From: Octopus sinensis
Lineage: Eukaryota
DNA: 64,000 nucleotides
Direction: 5' to 3'
Assembly: GCF_006345805.1 (NCBI RefSeq)
Contig: NC_043021.1
Location: 26,722,001 to 26,786,000 of the forward strand
The notes below the pieces were generated by a model that saw only the letters and a list, made by a program, of their open reading frames with translations, had not been told where the DNA came from and made no database searches. Positions 36,151-49,259 of this stretch are shown piece after piece. How positions within the stretch are numbered: position 1 is the first letter of the stretch; the number at the start of each line of letters is the position of its first letter. Both the position numbers and the translations under genes were made by a program.

Positions 36151-36778
36151 AAGCTATTTTTATTTGAAGGCCAAGCAATTAATCTGAGTAGTTCGATCTC
36201 CATCTTCACACAATACAGATTTGATTGGCCAATAAACTGCGAAATCGTTCCCATCCACTCATACTTACTCATTTATTTTCATGTATTTGTTAATCAGAAA
36301 CACACCAGTCGTTTGGAATGAAAAAGATGGAAACGTTATAGTTTTTACGTATTTAACGACTGGAACATGAAATAAAGAAAAAATTACTAGAAATATATTA
36401 GTCATTGACTGATGGCAATATCTGATAGCAATAACTTCATTTTTATTTTTTTAAAATTTTTGCGGTTAACGTCTTTGAAGTATTTAATATCTTAACAATA
36501 ATACACCAACCAATATATAGCCTCTTACATTTATTTAATCACACTTTCATAACGACTTAGTAGATGAACGTTATATCACACCGACGAGGTCGCAATCGGA
36601 TGAAAAGTGTCTGCTGTTGTCTCCCTTATTTCCAGTTAGTTTTTTTTAGGACTCTTTGCCTTAAAATATGTTTACTCAAAACTATTATTAAACTAATGGT
36701 AACAAATGATCTGAGTCGAGTATCTGATACGTTTTATACATATTAAATTATTATAGTGTTGCGGTATGTTAACATTGC

Positions 36779-36844
<66 letters not shown>

Positions 36845-36861
36845 ATTATTATTATTATTAA

Positions 36862-36911
<50 letters not shown>

Positions 36912-36946
36912 TATTATTATTATATTATTATTATTATTATTAATTA

Positions 36947-37011
<65 letters not shown>

Positions 37012-37012
37012 T

Positions 37013-37568
37013 TTGAGTGAGAGAGCAGTGCATACCATCAAAGTGACACTGGGTAAAATATACGAAGCCCAGTATACCCATCATGACTACCCGTCTGATA
37101 AGAGTACACCAGGCACATGCATCACAACCATATGTGCGCAACATGGTGATCTCATATCAAGATTAACCGTGCATGGCCTTGCAGGTAGGGGCCCAGTTAG
37201 AATTTTATTCAGGTCGAGTAGCCCATCCCGCTCAAAAGGTCTCTGAATAAGGGTTGTTTAAGGATGTTGAAAGAACCACCCATGTTTCCAGAGGTAAACT
37301 ATTCAAACCCCAAAGAATCCCTCTCAACACATGGCTATGATGCTCCCTCACTACTTCTGCTCGTGATCAGAGATGCAAATATCGTCAGCCACTAAGGGAC
37401 ATGCTCAACTGGTTAAGGTCAAACAACTGACAAGCAAATCTGTGGTATTGAGCAGAATATTTGCTGTAGGCCATCTTTTATACCAAGACAAAACAATGTA
37501 CATGATAAAACTTCCAATCATTTAAGATCAGATGCAATTAGAGCCACTGCCTGGTACTGCATCAGGGC

Positions 37569-37572
<4 letters not shown>
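37013..37572 (-). mobile_element. 560-bp non-coding element embedded in (TAA)n on both sides
   Basis: Flanked by ATT tracts 36780-37012 and 37572-37632; no ORF; ends GTGTCACTTTGATGG..CTCTCTCACTC-(AAT)n. Confidence 0.65.
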
Positions 37573-37632
<60 letters not shown>

Positions 37633-37779
37633 GCCGTTGTTGCTGCTGCTGCTGTTACAGTTCCTTATAAAAATATTTATATATAATACATAATATAGAC
37701 ACTTATGAGGTGACCTTGACCTTCAGTATAACAATGGCCCCATCATTCCCAGTCAATTGGTTATTGATCTATACAGGAC

Positions 37780-38110
37780 AGAGTGAACGTGTGTTTAGTG
37801 CACTTAGCGATCCGTCGCAAGCTGAACGATGGAGATTTCGGAAGAGCAAATGTATTTGTGTGAAATTCTGCTTCAGCTTGGGAGAAAAAAATGTTTATAA
37901 AGACTTTTTTAATCTTGTAATGGGCCTTTGGGGAATTTCGTATTTTTCCTTTTTTTCCTTTTTTCCCCTTCAGTCGCATGCGTGTCACGTCCTGATGTCA
38001 ACGTTTCAATCGTGAAGGAGGTCGAAGAGGGAGGAACAATCGTTTCAAGATAATCGAAAGATAACCAAAACGTTCGCCTAATATCGTGGAAGGTCGAACT
38101 TTCCACGATA
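37780..38110 (+). mobile_element. Mariner transposase 5' remnant
   Basis: EQ.ICVKFCFSLGEK.. resembles EQRxxIKFCxKLGK; downstream IIERxPKRS HTH-like segment. Confidence 0.5.
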
Positions 38111-38299
38111 AAGGATGACGTTCAGCCAGCGGAAATGTTTGCTGTAATCCAAGAAAATTGTCCTCTGATTATTCCGTTTTGGGGTCGATCTAATCGACTG
38201 GCCCCCTCCTCCAAAATTTCGGGAGTAGAAAAAAAATTATATACATGTGACCAATCACATTCAGATATATGAGTGTGTGCGCGCACGCGCGTGTTATTT

Positions 38300-38515
38300 A
38301 TTCTTTTCTTTGTTCCAGTCACTAGACTGCAGCCATGCTGGAGCACCGCTTTGAACGGTTAAGTCGAACAAATCAACCTCAGTACGTATTTTTAAGTCTG
38401 GTACTTACCCTACTCGCTTCTTTTGCCGAAACGCTAAGCTAAGGGGACATAAACAAACTTATCAAACGATGGGTGGAAGGTCACACACACACTTATCAAA
38501 CGATGGGTGGAAGGT

Positions 38516-38546
<31 letters not shown>

Positions 38547-38690
38547 ACACGATGAGCTTCCGCACAGTTCTACTCCGAAGCCATTTGTCAATTCGAGATA
38601 ACAGAAGAAAACACTTGTCCAAAGTGCGGTGCTGTGGAATTGAACTTCGTGCTCCGAGAAGCGAGCTTAACCGTGCATCGAGGGTAGCGT
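38300..38690 (-). mobile_element. SINE-A, degenerate, with a 34-bp internal tandem duplication
   Basis: ACTTATCAAACGATGGGTGGAAGGTCACACACAC x2 at about 38457-38524. Confidence 0.75.
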
Positions 38691-38865
38691 CGAATTGATC
38701 ATGCACGAGGAACCAGTCGAAAATGGCACCTCTTTTTTTTTGAAATCCTGCGAAGAACCTCGAAACTTGCCATCAGTCGAATTTTTGAAAATTCTTCACA
38801 CTAATGGCGCAGCTGATCGCTTTGTGGTTCCAATTTATAATAAGTTAGATAAGTATTTTAGAGAA

Positions 38866-39038
38866 GGCGGTCGCGTGGCAAGAAAATTGCTTCCCAGCCA
38901 CATGGTTCTGGGTTCGGTCTACTGCGTGGCACCTTGGGCAAGTGTCTCCTACTATAGCCTCAGGCCGATCAAAGCCTTGTCAGTGGATTTGGTGGACGGA
39001 GATTGAAAGGAAGTCTGTCGTATATATATATATATGTG

Positions 39039-39085
<47 letters not shown>

Positions 39086-39545
39086 GTGTGTCTTTGTGTC
39101 TGTGTTTGTCCCCCTACCGTTTGACAACCGGTGTTTGTATGTTTACGTCCCCTTTACTTATAGGTTTGGTAAAAAGAGAGCGATAGGATTAGTACCAGGC
39201 TTAATAAAAAATAAGTATTGGGTCGATTCATTCGACGAAAACATCTTCAAGGCGGTGCCCCAGCATGGCCGTATTCTAATGACTGAAACAAGTAAAAGAT
39301 AAAAGATCTTTCTTTCTATTTGTGTGTGCATGTGTGTGTACGTGTGTACGTGTGTGTGTGTGTCTTTGTGTTATCCCCCCCCCCACCGCTTGACAGCCGA
39401 TGTTAATTTGTTTACATTCCCGTAACCTTGCGGATCGGCAAAAGATAACGATAGAGCAAGTATCAAACTTAGAAATAAGTACTGAGGTGGGTTTGTTGAC
39501 TAAATACTTTAAGGTGGTGCCCCAGCATGGCCGTAGTTCAATAAC
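38866..39545 (+). mobile_element. SINE-A plus an extra tandem 3' body
   Basis: Head 38866, GT tract, body to about 39305, second body 39340-39545. Confidence 0.85.
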
Positions 39546-39744
39546 GGAATCGTCATGGTAGTTTTCAAGAGAATACCCACAGATCTTAGAATTCTGTAAG
39601 ATTTCCCGTCGGGTGGTTTTCCCTTAATAAAGAACTACAAGCTAATGAAACATCACTGGTCCCGTTCCTGTGACTGCCCTGACTTCGCCAACATAGTTTC
39701 GGCCGTTATCTTTTCAGTGTTCTGCTAGGAAGTGCCGTAGACCG

Positions 39745-41280
39745 GATACGAACCTCTGACTCGGCCATCCATTCATTAAGTCAATCAATTACAATCAAAT
39801 GAATGTGAATAATTAAATAAGTAAATATATAAACAAGAATAAATGAGTGAATATAACTCTAATCTTACAGCTGTTTCTATTTTGGTGAGGTCCAGAATGC
39901 CAAAGTTGGCACATCATACCAATATTATACAAAGATTGTACCAAAACTGAACAAAAATTGGCCAGGAATTGAACCCCAAAGCTTCATCAGAGAGTCAATA
40001 ATGGCAAGAATTAAACAAATAAAAAAGTAAAATAAAATAATAAAAATACTAAAAAATAAGAAAAAATAAATTCCAAAATAATATCCAGAGGTTGTGAGAT
40101 CACATCTTGTGGGATCAATCTAATGGGGATATAGACTATATTCCCCCACACCCCGTTAGAATGAAATAAGATGTGATCTCACCTCTGGATATTATCTTGG
40201 AATTTACTTTTTACTAATCTTTAGTATTTTTATTATTTTGTTTTACTTTTTCTCTTGTTTAATTCTTGCTGGATACGAACCTCTGACTCCACGACAATTT
40301 ATTCCTGTATCCTTATTGACTCGGCCATCCATTCATTAAGTCAATCAAACAGACATCACCTCATAGTCTTTCCTTGCCAACCTTCTTCCTATATTTTTAC
40401 CTTCCTTTAGTCTTTTCTTTTATTATTGGTATTTTTTTGTAAGTCTTTTTTTAAGGTACAAAACGGCAGATTTTCGCAAAAGCCGTCAAGTGTACTCAAT
40501 GACCCGGCGTGGAGTTTTGTCTGGTTTTTGTTGATATTCCGGATTGGTAGCAAGATTCATTGTGCTCTGCTTGAACGCAAAGTCACTTTGTTCTTTGTTA
40601 TAGAAACCACTGACACTTCTGCTCTCAGGTATATTCGTCCCTCTTTCCAAATTATACTTTATATATTAGATTAATATGTACAAATAAATTGAAAGGACAT
40701 AGAGAAAAAGACTTTTTCTCTGTATCCTTTCAATAGTGTGAGATTCGAAGCCATATGACAAGCTTTCTGTTAGAAAAACTCTTTCAAATTACTCTTCCAG
40801 TTGCTTCCTGTTTATATCTTGCATAATCAGTTAATAGTCTTGGATGCTTAAGTTTTACCACGATCCAGCAGAAGGCAATGATCGTATTGTGGTGTATATC
40901 AATGAGGCCAAATTCTCTTTTAATATGTGATGAAGTTCAAAGAGCTACAATAAAGATTTGTCCCAGAGACTTATGAATACGTAAATGGATCTCAAGGTCC
41001 CCCAGTGCTGTCCTTGGCAGTTACCCGGGGTCTCAAGAGTCTTGAGGCCCGATTCTGATTTATGTACTCTGTGGTTTACTGTTTTGGGATCTCATGGATC
41101 TAGGAGCCCAGTTCTATTCTTTGCATTCTGTAGCTTGCAGTCAATAAGCAAATAGAATAGGGCCCAATGCGTATAATGTTAATACGGTCCTGGGTCTCCT
41201 CCAAAACATGTAATCCTGTCCTCATCTTAGGAATCATTATTATTCTAAAGTTCTACAGAAGTGCCGTCGATCGATCGGTC
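39745..41280 (-). mobile_element. Composite Penelope-derived element (pLTR, foldback, hammerhead)
   Basis: Direct repeat GATACGAACCTCTGACTC..GGCCATCCATTCATTAAGTCAATCAA at about 39745 and 40273; foldback 40004-40269; hammerhead 39855-39996; left boundary and right part approximate. Confidence 0.6.
39855..39996 (-). ncRNA. Type I hammerhead-like motif with about 105-nt stem II insertion
   Basis: GACTCT-CTGATGA(39990-39984)-A-GCTTTGG...CCAAAAT-A-GAAA-CAGCT-GTA^-AGATT; same A..A and CAGCTGTA signature as 15914. Confidence 0.5.
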
Positions 41281-41289
41281 GGTCGGTCA

Positions 41290-41622
41290 GGCCTTTTTTG
41301 AGATCCTTGAAAGACGACCAAACCCTCCTTCACAAATATGTTCAGTGTCCGAGCATCGCTAACATATGGGACTATCTCGGACGGTTCTTATCACATTTAG
41401 AACCAATCCGATTCTCGTCCGCGTCTCTTGTAACGATAGCTCCCATCTAACTCCATTGGCAAGGAGGGGCAGGTTGGTAGTTTCCTCTGTTTTTAGACGA
41501 AACCGGTTGCATGGTCGATGTATTTGAAAGGGTTTAGGTTAGGATTCTGCTACCAAAACCTCCTCAACTTATGGTGAGGGCAAATTTGATGAAAGGTGAG
41601 TGTTAAATGGCGAAACAGCTAC

Positions 41623-41690
<68 letters not shown>

Positions 41691-41701
41691 AGAGGGAGAG
41701 A

Positions 41702-41776
<75 letters not shown>

Positions 41777-41990
41777 CGGTCTTGAATTCCGTTTAATTAT
41801 TGCAATTGGGAGGAAACATCTGTTTCGAGTGCAATCTGGTTGTGGTTTAAGGTATCTCGATCCCTAGGTAACGGTTTCTATTCGTTGCAAGGACGGACGC
41901 CTTTGTATATTCTGTAAATCAATTCTTAATCTTTTCTTCCGATTATTGTACACCCCCCCCCACACGCCTTGCCTTGGGGCCTCAGCTCCT
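41290..41990 (+). mobile_element. Tx1-like LINE C-terminal and 3'UTR remnant
   Basis: DDQTLLHKYVQCPSIANIWDYLGRFLS..IRFSSASLVTI; homologous to the 5.2-kb fragment. Confidence 0.6.
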
Positions 41991-42421
41991 TGTTGGAGTC
42001 CAAGGTGCGTCGTCATGACATACAGTATGTCTTGAGCATTTTTGATGTGGTGAAGTTCATTATTTTCCGGGTGTGACTCAAGCCGATTTCATACAGAAGA
42101 GAGATATACAGAACGAAAAGGGAAACGAAAGAGAAGAATCGACCCCAGTACACGACTGGTATTTTATTTATCAATCTTGAAAGAATAAAAAGCAAAGTTA
42201 ACCTCAGCGGGATTTGAACTCAGATAGTAGAAAGCCTGAACGATTAGCACCAACAGTCTCTCCGGCACTTAACTCATTCTGTCAAATGGCCGCCTTATAT
42301 ACGCATGCATACACACCATGTTTGTAATTTTATGTCAATTAAATTGTTTTAAATTTGTATGGTGTGCCCCCTCTTGGTCAAAAACATTACTGGTGGTGAA
42401 TTGACAGAATCGTTATTATTA

Positions 42422-42481
<60 letters not shown>

Positions 42482-42483
<2 letters not shown>

Positions 42484-42635
42484 GTGGCCAGACCACAGCA
42501 ACAAAGTCCTCCTCCCACACATCTCGGTCTATCATCACTGCTTCGAGGCCCTGGATGCATTCGAGGCCAGTGTGACGACGTCTTGCTCCATGAAGTTCCA
42601 CAACATTAATTTGCATGCTTCCAGTTCTGTTACCC
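42482..42635 (-). mobile_element. RTE-like LINE 3' end with (AAT)n tail
   Basis: RRHTGLECIQGLEAVMIDRDVW, then TAA repeats 42415-42482. Confidence 0.5.
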
Positions 42636-42639
42636 TTTT

Positions 42640-43205
42640 TACGTTCCGAGTTCAAATCCTGCCCACGCTCAACTTTGCCTTTCATCTCTCAGGGCGTCGA
42701 TAAAATAAAGTACCAGTAAAATACTTGGTTCGACTCACTAAACCTTCCCTTTAAAATTGTTGGCTTTGAACCTAAACCAGAAACAATTTTCCGACAAATT
42801 GCTCAGGGGATATTTCTTCCGATTCTTGATGTTCTGGGGTCGAATCCCGCCCGAGGTTAACATTGCTCTTCGTACTTTCGTCGTATCGATAAAATAAAGT
42901 TTATCACTCGAATAATGCTGGGATCGATCGCATTGACAATTTCCTCTTCCCCTGAAACTGCTGGCCTTGTGCCAAAATCAGAAGCCGTTATTATTGTTGT
43001 TGCTGCTACTACTACTACTGCTGCTGCTGCTACCTTATTTTTCAACGGTTTCATGCGTGTTTTCATTTTTAATATTAGTCTAAATCCTATTCCACCGAGG
43101 TCAAATTCCCCTTCCATCCTTTCGAGATCGATAAAAGAAGTACCAGTTATACACTGGGATCGAGATAGTCGACCAGCCCCTTTCCCACCAATTTTCAGGA
43201 AATTT
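42640..43205 (+). mobile_element. Three tandem SINE-C fragments
   Basis: Repeated B-box-like GTTCAAATCC/GGTCGAATCC/GGTCAAATTCC plus GATAAAATAAAGTACCAG blocks. Confidence 0.65.
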
Positions 43206-43342
43206 ACCTGTGGTAGAAAAAAAGATTTTACATTTAAAATTTTTTAATTCTTTTTTTATGTATGTATATAAACACACACAAGCACACACACACGCACGCA
43301 CACACACACACACGCACGCAAACACACACTCACACACGCACG

Positions 43343-43397
<55 letters not shown>

Positions 43398-44030
43398 TAG
43401 CGAACTTTAGGCTAGTTAAAGTATGTTTGTAATATATTTCAACTTCTAAAGGCGAATTCACTGCAGTTACCCTGGAGAAAAGAAATCCTCTCTTATGGTA
43501 AAAGGTGTAAAAACACCGTATCTGCCCAGTGTTGCTCTCTGTCGGATTCTCAGATGCAGCATTTCGAGCTCTTTAGCCGTTATCAATGGGAAATACCAAA
43601 GTGAGGTAACTCTGGATAGATTGAAAACCGTAGAATTCACTAAAACAGTCAACAACGTTGACTGAGTTGCACCATTCGACCGCCTGATCAGCAGAAACAG
43701 AATTTTGTTAAAGATATTTCTACAGATATTCTATGGAAATTCTAGCCAGCGCTGATTTTTGCTACAGCGTTTCGTATCGAGACGTCAAATGTAAACAAAC
43801 ATTGAGATCAAAAACAGAAATGGGTTATGAGTGTATATACCATATTTTGGGGTTTTTGCCCCTTCATCAGCCCCCGTCTAACCCATTCTCACATCCGAAC
43901 ACATTCCTTATATAGCCACCGTATACAGCGATGTTAAGTTATTGGACGCACCAATTTACATATCAAACGCATTCCTGGAACTGGTATGTAGACATAAAAA
44001 CATCAGCGCCAAGCAGTGGTTGAGAATAAA

Positions 44031-44190
44031 CGAACTTTAGGTTGGTTAAAATATGTTTGTGACATATTCCACCTTTCTAAAGTCAAATTCCTTGCAGTTA
44101 CCGTGAAGAAAAAAATTTTACCATTGGAGAGACTTTTTTTTTTCTCATGGTAACTGCTGTGAATTTGCCTTTAGAAGTTGAATGTATTTA
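44031..44190. repeat. Palindromic MITE-like repeat; half-copy at 43401-43480
   Basis: TTCTAAAGTCAAATTCCTTGCAGTTACC / GGTAACTGCTGTGAATTTGCCTTTAGAA inverted arms; direct copy CGAACTTTAGG..GCAGTTACC at 43401. Confidence 0.65.
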
Positions 44191-44624
44191 CAGGCAGAAG
44201 GTGAGAGCGAGAGATGTTCAATATAGAAAACATGGTGTGGTACTCAAGTGAATTCAACGTAAATTCCGGAATGTTTATCGAGGACCACGGAGTAAAGAGT
44301 AGCTATAAGAGGAATCCAGGAGGGCTGGTTATGGAGATAATGATGCAGATAAACACGGTTAGGTTTTGCATATACATATATAAATACACACGCATACACA
44401 TGTAGATACATAAAAGTAAATATATTCAGTAGCTAAACAAATATGTACAAGCATATCGATATTAATACATGTAGATAGACAAATAAACTAACATAGAACA
44501 TAAAAAGTACAGAGTACTAAGGAAAGAATGCATAGTTGTTTTTTTACTCGACAGCTGTTTCTGGAAGTTTTCAAGTTAATAAAACTATGCATCGTCTCCT
44601 TAGTATTCTGTATTTTTTATGCTC

Positions 44625-44670
<46 letters not shown>

Positions 44671-44679
44671 GTTTCTGTG

Positions 44680-45005
44680 AAGGCGCATGGCTCAGTGGTT
44701 AGAGCTTACGATCGTGCGGTTGTGAACTCGAATCCTGGACTGGGCTGTGTGTTGTGTCCTTGAGCAAGATACTTTATTTCATGTTGCTCCACTTCACTCA
44801 GCTGTCGAAATGATTTGCGATGTCACAGGTGCCAAACTGTATCGACCTTTGCCTTTCCCTTCGATAACACTCGTGGCGTGGAGAGGGGAGGCTGGTATGC
44901 ATGGGCGACTGCTGGTCTTCCATAAACAACCTTGCCCTGACTTGTGCCTGGGAGGGTAACTTTCTAGGTGCAATCCCATGGTCTGTGTCGTGACCGAAGG
45001 GGGTA
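44680..45005 (+). mobile_element. SINE-D
   Basis: Matches 17557. Confidence 0.85.
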
Positions 45006-45932
45006 TCAGAATATAGTTTCTATTTGTAATCGTGTAACATTTTCTCCGTTTTCTCGTTTTTTTGTCCGTGTTTTCACACATATTCGATCGCTTTCGTCCA
45101 GAAAGTTAATGCCTTTTGCTTAGATTTTGAACAGTCTCAAGTGTAACAGGCCGAAACTGTAATGATGACTGGAAATTTGACTGATGAATACAAAGCCACG
45201 AATGTTGCGTCCTGGTTTTCCTGTCCGTCTTTGTATCGTCTGTATGCTTTCATTACCGTCCGTTACATTCTTGTTCGTTTTTTATATCATAGGCGTACGG
45301 TCCATGGAAGCAAAGGAAGCGATGCTTCCCTTAAAAATTGTAGAAACAAAATTGAAACTATATTACTTATTTTTCATAAGATCGTTCTTCTGATGCTCTC
45401 TAAAATTAATATAAACTACATGACGTCATAGGCTTCAGACTTTTATTGTTGGAATTAGCAAGAGACAACAAGCAGTGGCAGACGACACAAAAAAAATCTT
45501 GCAAGGGAAGCAACACGAGCTGTTGCATCCTTTTCGGTGTAACATTTTAACATTTTTTCCCGATAAAAATGCTCTAGTAAGAGCTGATAACGAATAGTTT
45601 TAGATGCTAAGAAATACTTATACGCTAAGATCAAGTTTCTGTTAATTCGCAATACCTATGATATATATAATATTATGTTATATATAATATATATAATCTT
45701 ACATAGGAAAAGGGAAGCAAGTTGACATTCTGCTTCCGTCAGAAAAACGATGAAAAGATAACACGCACAGTTTTCTGCGTTTATTTAACTAATATTCTAA
45801 ACTTTCTCAAATTACAGGAAACCCTTAATATAAAATGTGATTTTTTTTTTCATTTTAAAATTAGCCCTTTAAGTTGAACATGTCAATTTTGGTCATTGCT
45901 TCCCCAGCCAGAAAGATCACCGCTCGCCCCTG

Positions 45933-45966
<34 letters not shown>

Positions 45967-46599
45967 TTGTGAAATTATTACCCCCCTCCGCCCCCTTATA
46001 AACAGTTTATTTTAAGGCCTCCAAATCGGGGGGGGGTGTGAAAATCATAATTTGTCCGTGCATTTGTAATAACAAGGAGTTTCATTCGGTAGCCATACGA
46101 ATGATTCGGAGTTAAGACAGAACAGTATAAGAGACGAGAGGGTTCCTTAAAAGATATCGCTTCTTACGAGTATTGAACTGGTTTTGTCATCTCTTTCGCT
46201 TCCTGAGTTCTACTTGCTTTCCATTTCCACATGGCGGAGTTGATGTGTGCTGTTAGTACCGGAGCATTTTTTTCTTCTTTTTTCTATCGGCTCAAGGACT
46301 GAAAATTCGAAGGAGAGGTCCAGTCGAGTACATCGACCTCCCATGCTTACTGGTACTTTATTTTATCGACTCTCAAGAGGTGAAAGACAAAGTCGACTTC
46401 GGTGGAATTTGAACTCAGAACGTATAGCCGGAATAGATGCCGCTAATCATTGTGTCTGGCATGTTAACGATTCTGCCAGCTCACCGCCTTAAACCCAGCT
46501 CGCCATATTGGTGTGGTTTTATTCAGGTGGGTTATTTCCTGCATTGAAGACACCTCGAAGCTGTCGAATGCTTTTCAGTAAATAAAGGCACTCTTTGCT

Positions 46600-46892
46600 A
46601 ACTTGTCTTCTTCCATTTCCCTCGTCATCTCTCCCCCCTCTCTCTCTCTCTCCTCATCTCTTTCATTCCTTCTCTATCCCTATGTATCTATCAATCTATC
46701 CGTTTATCTTTTTCTATCTCTCCGCCATTTTTAATCTCTCCGCCATTTTTAATCTCTGCGCCCGTCATCTTCCTCTCCACTTCTCCATTATCATCTCGCT
46801 TCTCATTTCTTTTTCTCTCCTCTCAAATCTCTCCATTCACCTTTCTCTGTTAATCTCTTTTCCACTCCTTTCTCTCTTTCTGTCCATCCCCA

Positions 46893-46974
<82 letters not shown>

Positions 46975-47028
46975 TATATTTCTTTCTTTCATTCTATCTG
47001 TCTATCTATCTATCAATCTATCTATCTA

Positions 47029-47062
<34 letters not shown>

Positions 47063-47560
47063 CTATCTATCTATCTATCTATCTTTCTTTCATTCTACCT
47101 ATCTATCTATCTTTCTTTCTTTCTTTCCTTCCCTTGATATTCCTGTTTATCTATCAATCCATCGAGCTATCTGCCTCTTTCTATCTCTCCATCACATTTT
47201 ATCTTTACATCCAGCATCTTTCCCTAATTCTCTATTATTATCTCCTCTCTCATCTCTTTCTGCTTCTCTTCAAATCTCGCTCTCTCTCTCTCTCTCTTCC
47301 CCTCTCTCTCCCGCTCGCTTTCTCATTTTCTCTTCGCCTTTTCACTAGCTTTCTTCCCTGAATTTCCTTCCCCCCAACAAAACTGTCTTTCATTCCTTCT
47401 TCCCTAATCTGTCGTCTGCACAATCTCGCCCCATCACTTCTGTTTCCTTAGCCTTCTGTCTGTCTGCATGTCTGTCTGGCTGTACCTTTCTGTTCCCCCC
47501 TCTCTCTCTTTCTCTAAAACACACACTCTCTCTCTCTCTCTCATCTAACCCTCAATTCTC
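46600..47560. repeat. About 1-kb pyrimidine-rich low-complexity tract (CT, CTAT, TA)
   Basis: Nearly G-free on +; includes a 21-bp duplication TCTCCGCCATTTTTAATCTCT. Confidence 0.9.
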
Positions 47561-48755
47561 CCTTTCCAACAAAGGTGAACCGGTACGTGAGAACTAATCA
47601 ACGAGGTGGGGTGGTCATTTTATTTCCAAACTGTTCATCTGTGGTTTGTGTTTGGGAATTGTGTCGTCAACATATTTTTTTCTCCATTTTATATTGTGAG
47701 AACAGCAACTTCTGGAATGTTCGAGATTCCCATAAAAAGTAAAATTAAATCATAGATACTCTTCAGCATTCTTTGCTTTTTGTTTATATTTATATATATT
47801 TGTCTTTTCTTTCTCTTCTTTCATATTTTACCATTTAAAATGTTCCACAAGTCACTCGGCCGGAGTGAGGTAGCGGAGGGGACGGTGTGGGGTTATTTTT
47901 TTATGTTGCCTTTTTGAAAAAATTGTTCGTATTTTTTTGTTTTTTTCTTGTCTTCTTGATTGATTTATAAATCATGGCAAGTGTTTTATATTTGTTTTGT
48001 TTTGGTGTTTTTGTTTTTGTTTTGGGTTTTCGTTTTGTACTGAATAACCTCGGTTTCCTCTTCCCCAGGCTTTTGAATATGCATTGAATAATACACACAC
48101 ACACAAACGCACATATACATATATTTATATATTTATATATAAATATATGTACATACAAACATACATACACGCACGCAGATACACACATACGCACGCGCGC
48201 ATACACACACACACATACACACACGCACATACAAAAATATCTAGGATTAATCGAGGTTTCGATTGAGCTGCCGAAACCTGGGAATCTTCAAAAAAGAATC
48301 AAAATTAAAATAAATAAAATATAATAACAATTCAGTTTTGCAGGATTTTGAAGAAATTTTCTTTTACAAAAACGCACGCGCACACACACACACACGCATG
48401 AATGTGAACGTATATGTATATGTGTGTGTGTGTGTGTGTGTTGTGTGTGTGTATACATATATTTAGACACATACGTATGTATGTGTATGTGTGTATGTAT
48501 ACATACATATGTGCTTCTCTGTGTGTGTGTATATATATATATATATAGTTCAAATTTACAGAAAAGAAAAAAAGACGAAGAGAGGTGTAGGAACCACAAG
48601 CAGGTGTATTAGTTTGACGCTCGGGAAGAATGGGAAAGTCTTTGACGATTGGCACCTACGCTCTTCGACAGTAAGAGATGAGAGGAAACCAAAATAGAGA
48701 GAGAACGAAAAAACGGAGAAAAGAACGTGTAACGATTAACGGTTCAGAATGATGA

Positions 48756-48789
<34 letters not shown>

Positions 48790-48894
48790 CGGGAAGCTTT
48801 ATGAAAATAGACAAAAGACGAAGGCAGGTGGAAAACAAACAAACAATTGTATATATATATATACACACACACACACATACAACAACCGTTCGCT

Positions 48895-49215
48895 TGCTGT
48901 GTGCCCAAAACATGTACCGAGGGTGATAACTATCAAACATCCACCCCACATGATAGTGTTTAGAGTGATCACAAGTTAATGCAACGTTATGTCTCCATTC
49001 ATCTTCCCACACGGCCTCACACTCAACACAACGGCCTATATCAAGTGTCTGGAGGAAGTAGTGCTGCCCTGGGTGAAGAGGTAGCTGCTGAAAGACCCTA
49101 TATCTGGCAACAGGTCTCTGCACCATGCCCCAGAAGCAGGAGAACCCAGTCATGGTTGTCAGACAATTTCTGCGACCACATTACCCCCCTAACTCCCCAG
49201 ACTGCAACCCCCTTG
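48895..49215 (+). mobile_element. maT (DD37D-type) transposase fragment
   Basis: KHPPHMIVFRVITS..MSPFIFPHGL.LN..YIKCLEEVVLPWVK..RPYIWQQVSAP..TQSWLSDNF..PNSPDCNPLDY. Confidence 0.8.
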
Positions 49216-49259
49216 ATTATTATTTTGGATTTATTTGCGTTTTTAAATTTTGGAATCTA

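Noticed and set aside
43838-43885. Additional hammerheads at 43838(-) and about 39690(-)
   Set aside because: GAAA mutated or stems unpaired; likely decayed relics, not counted
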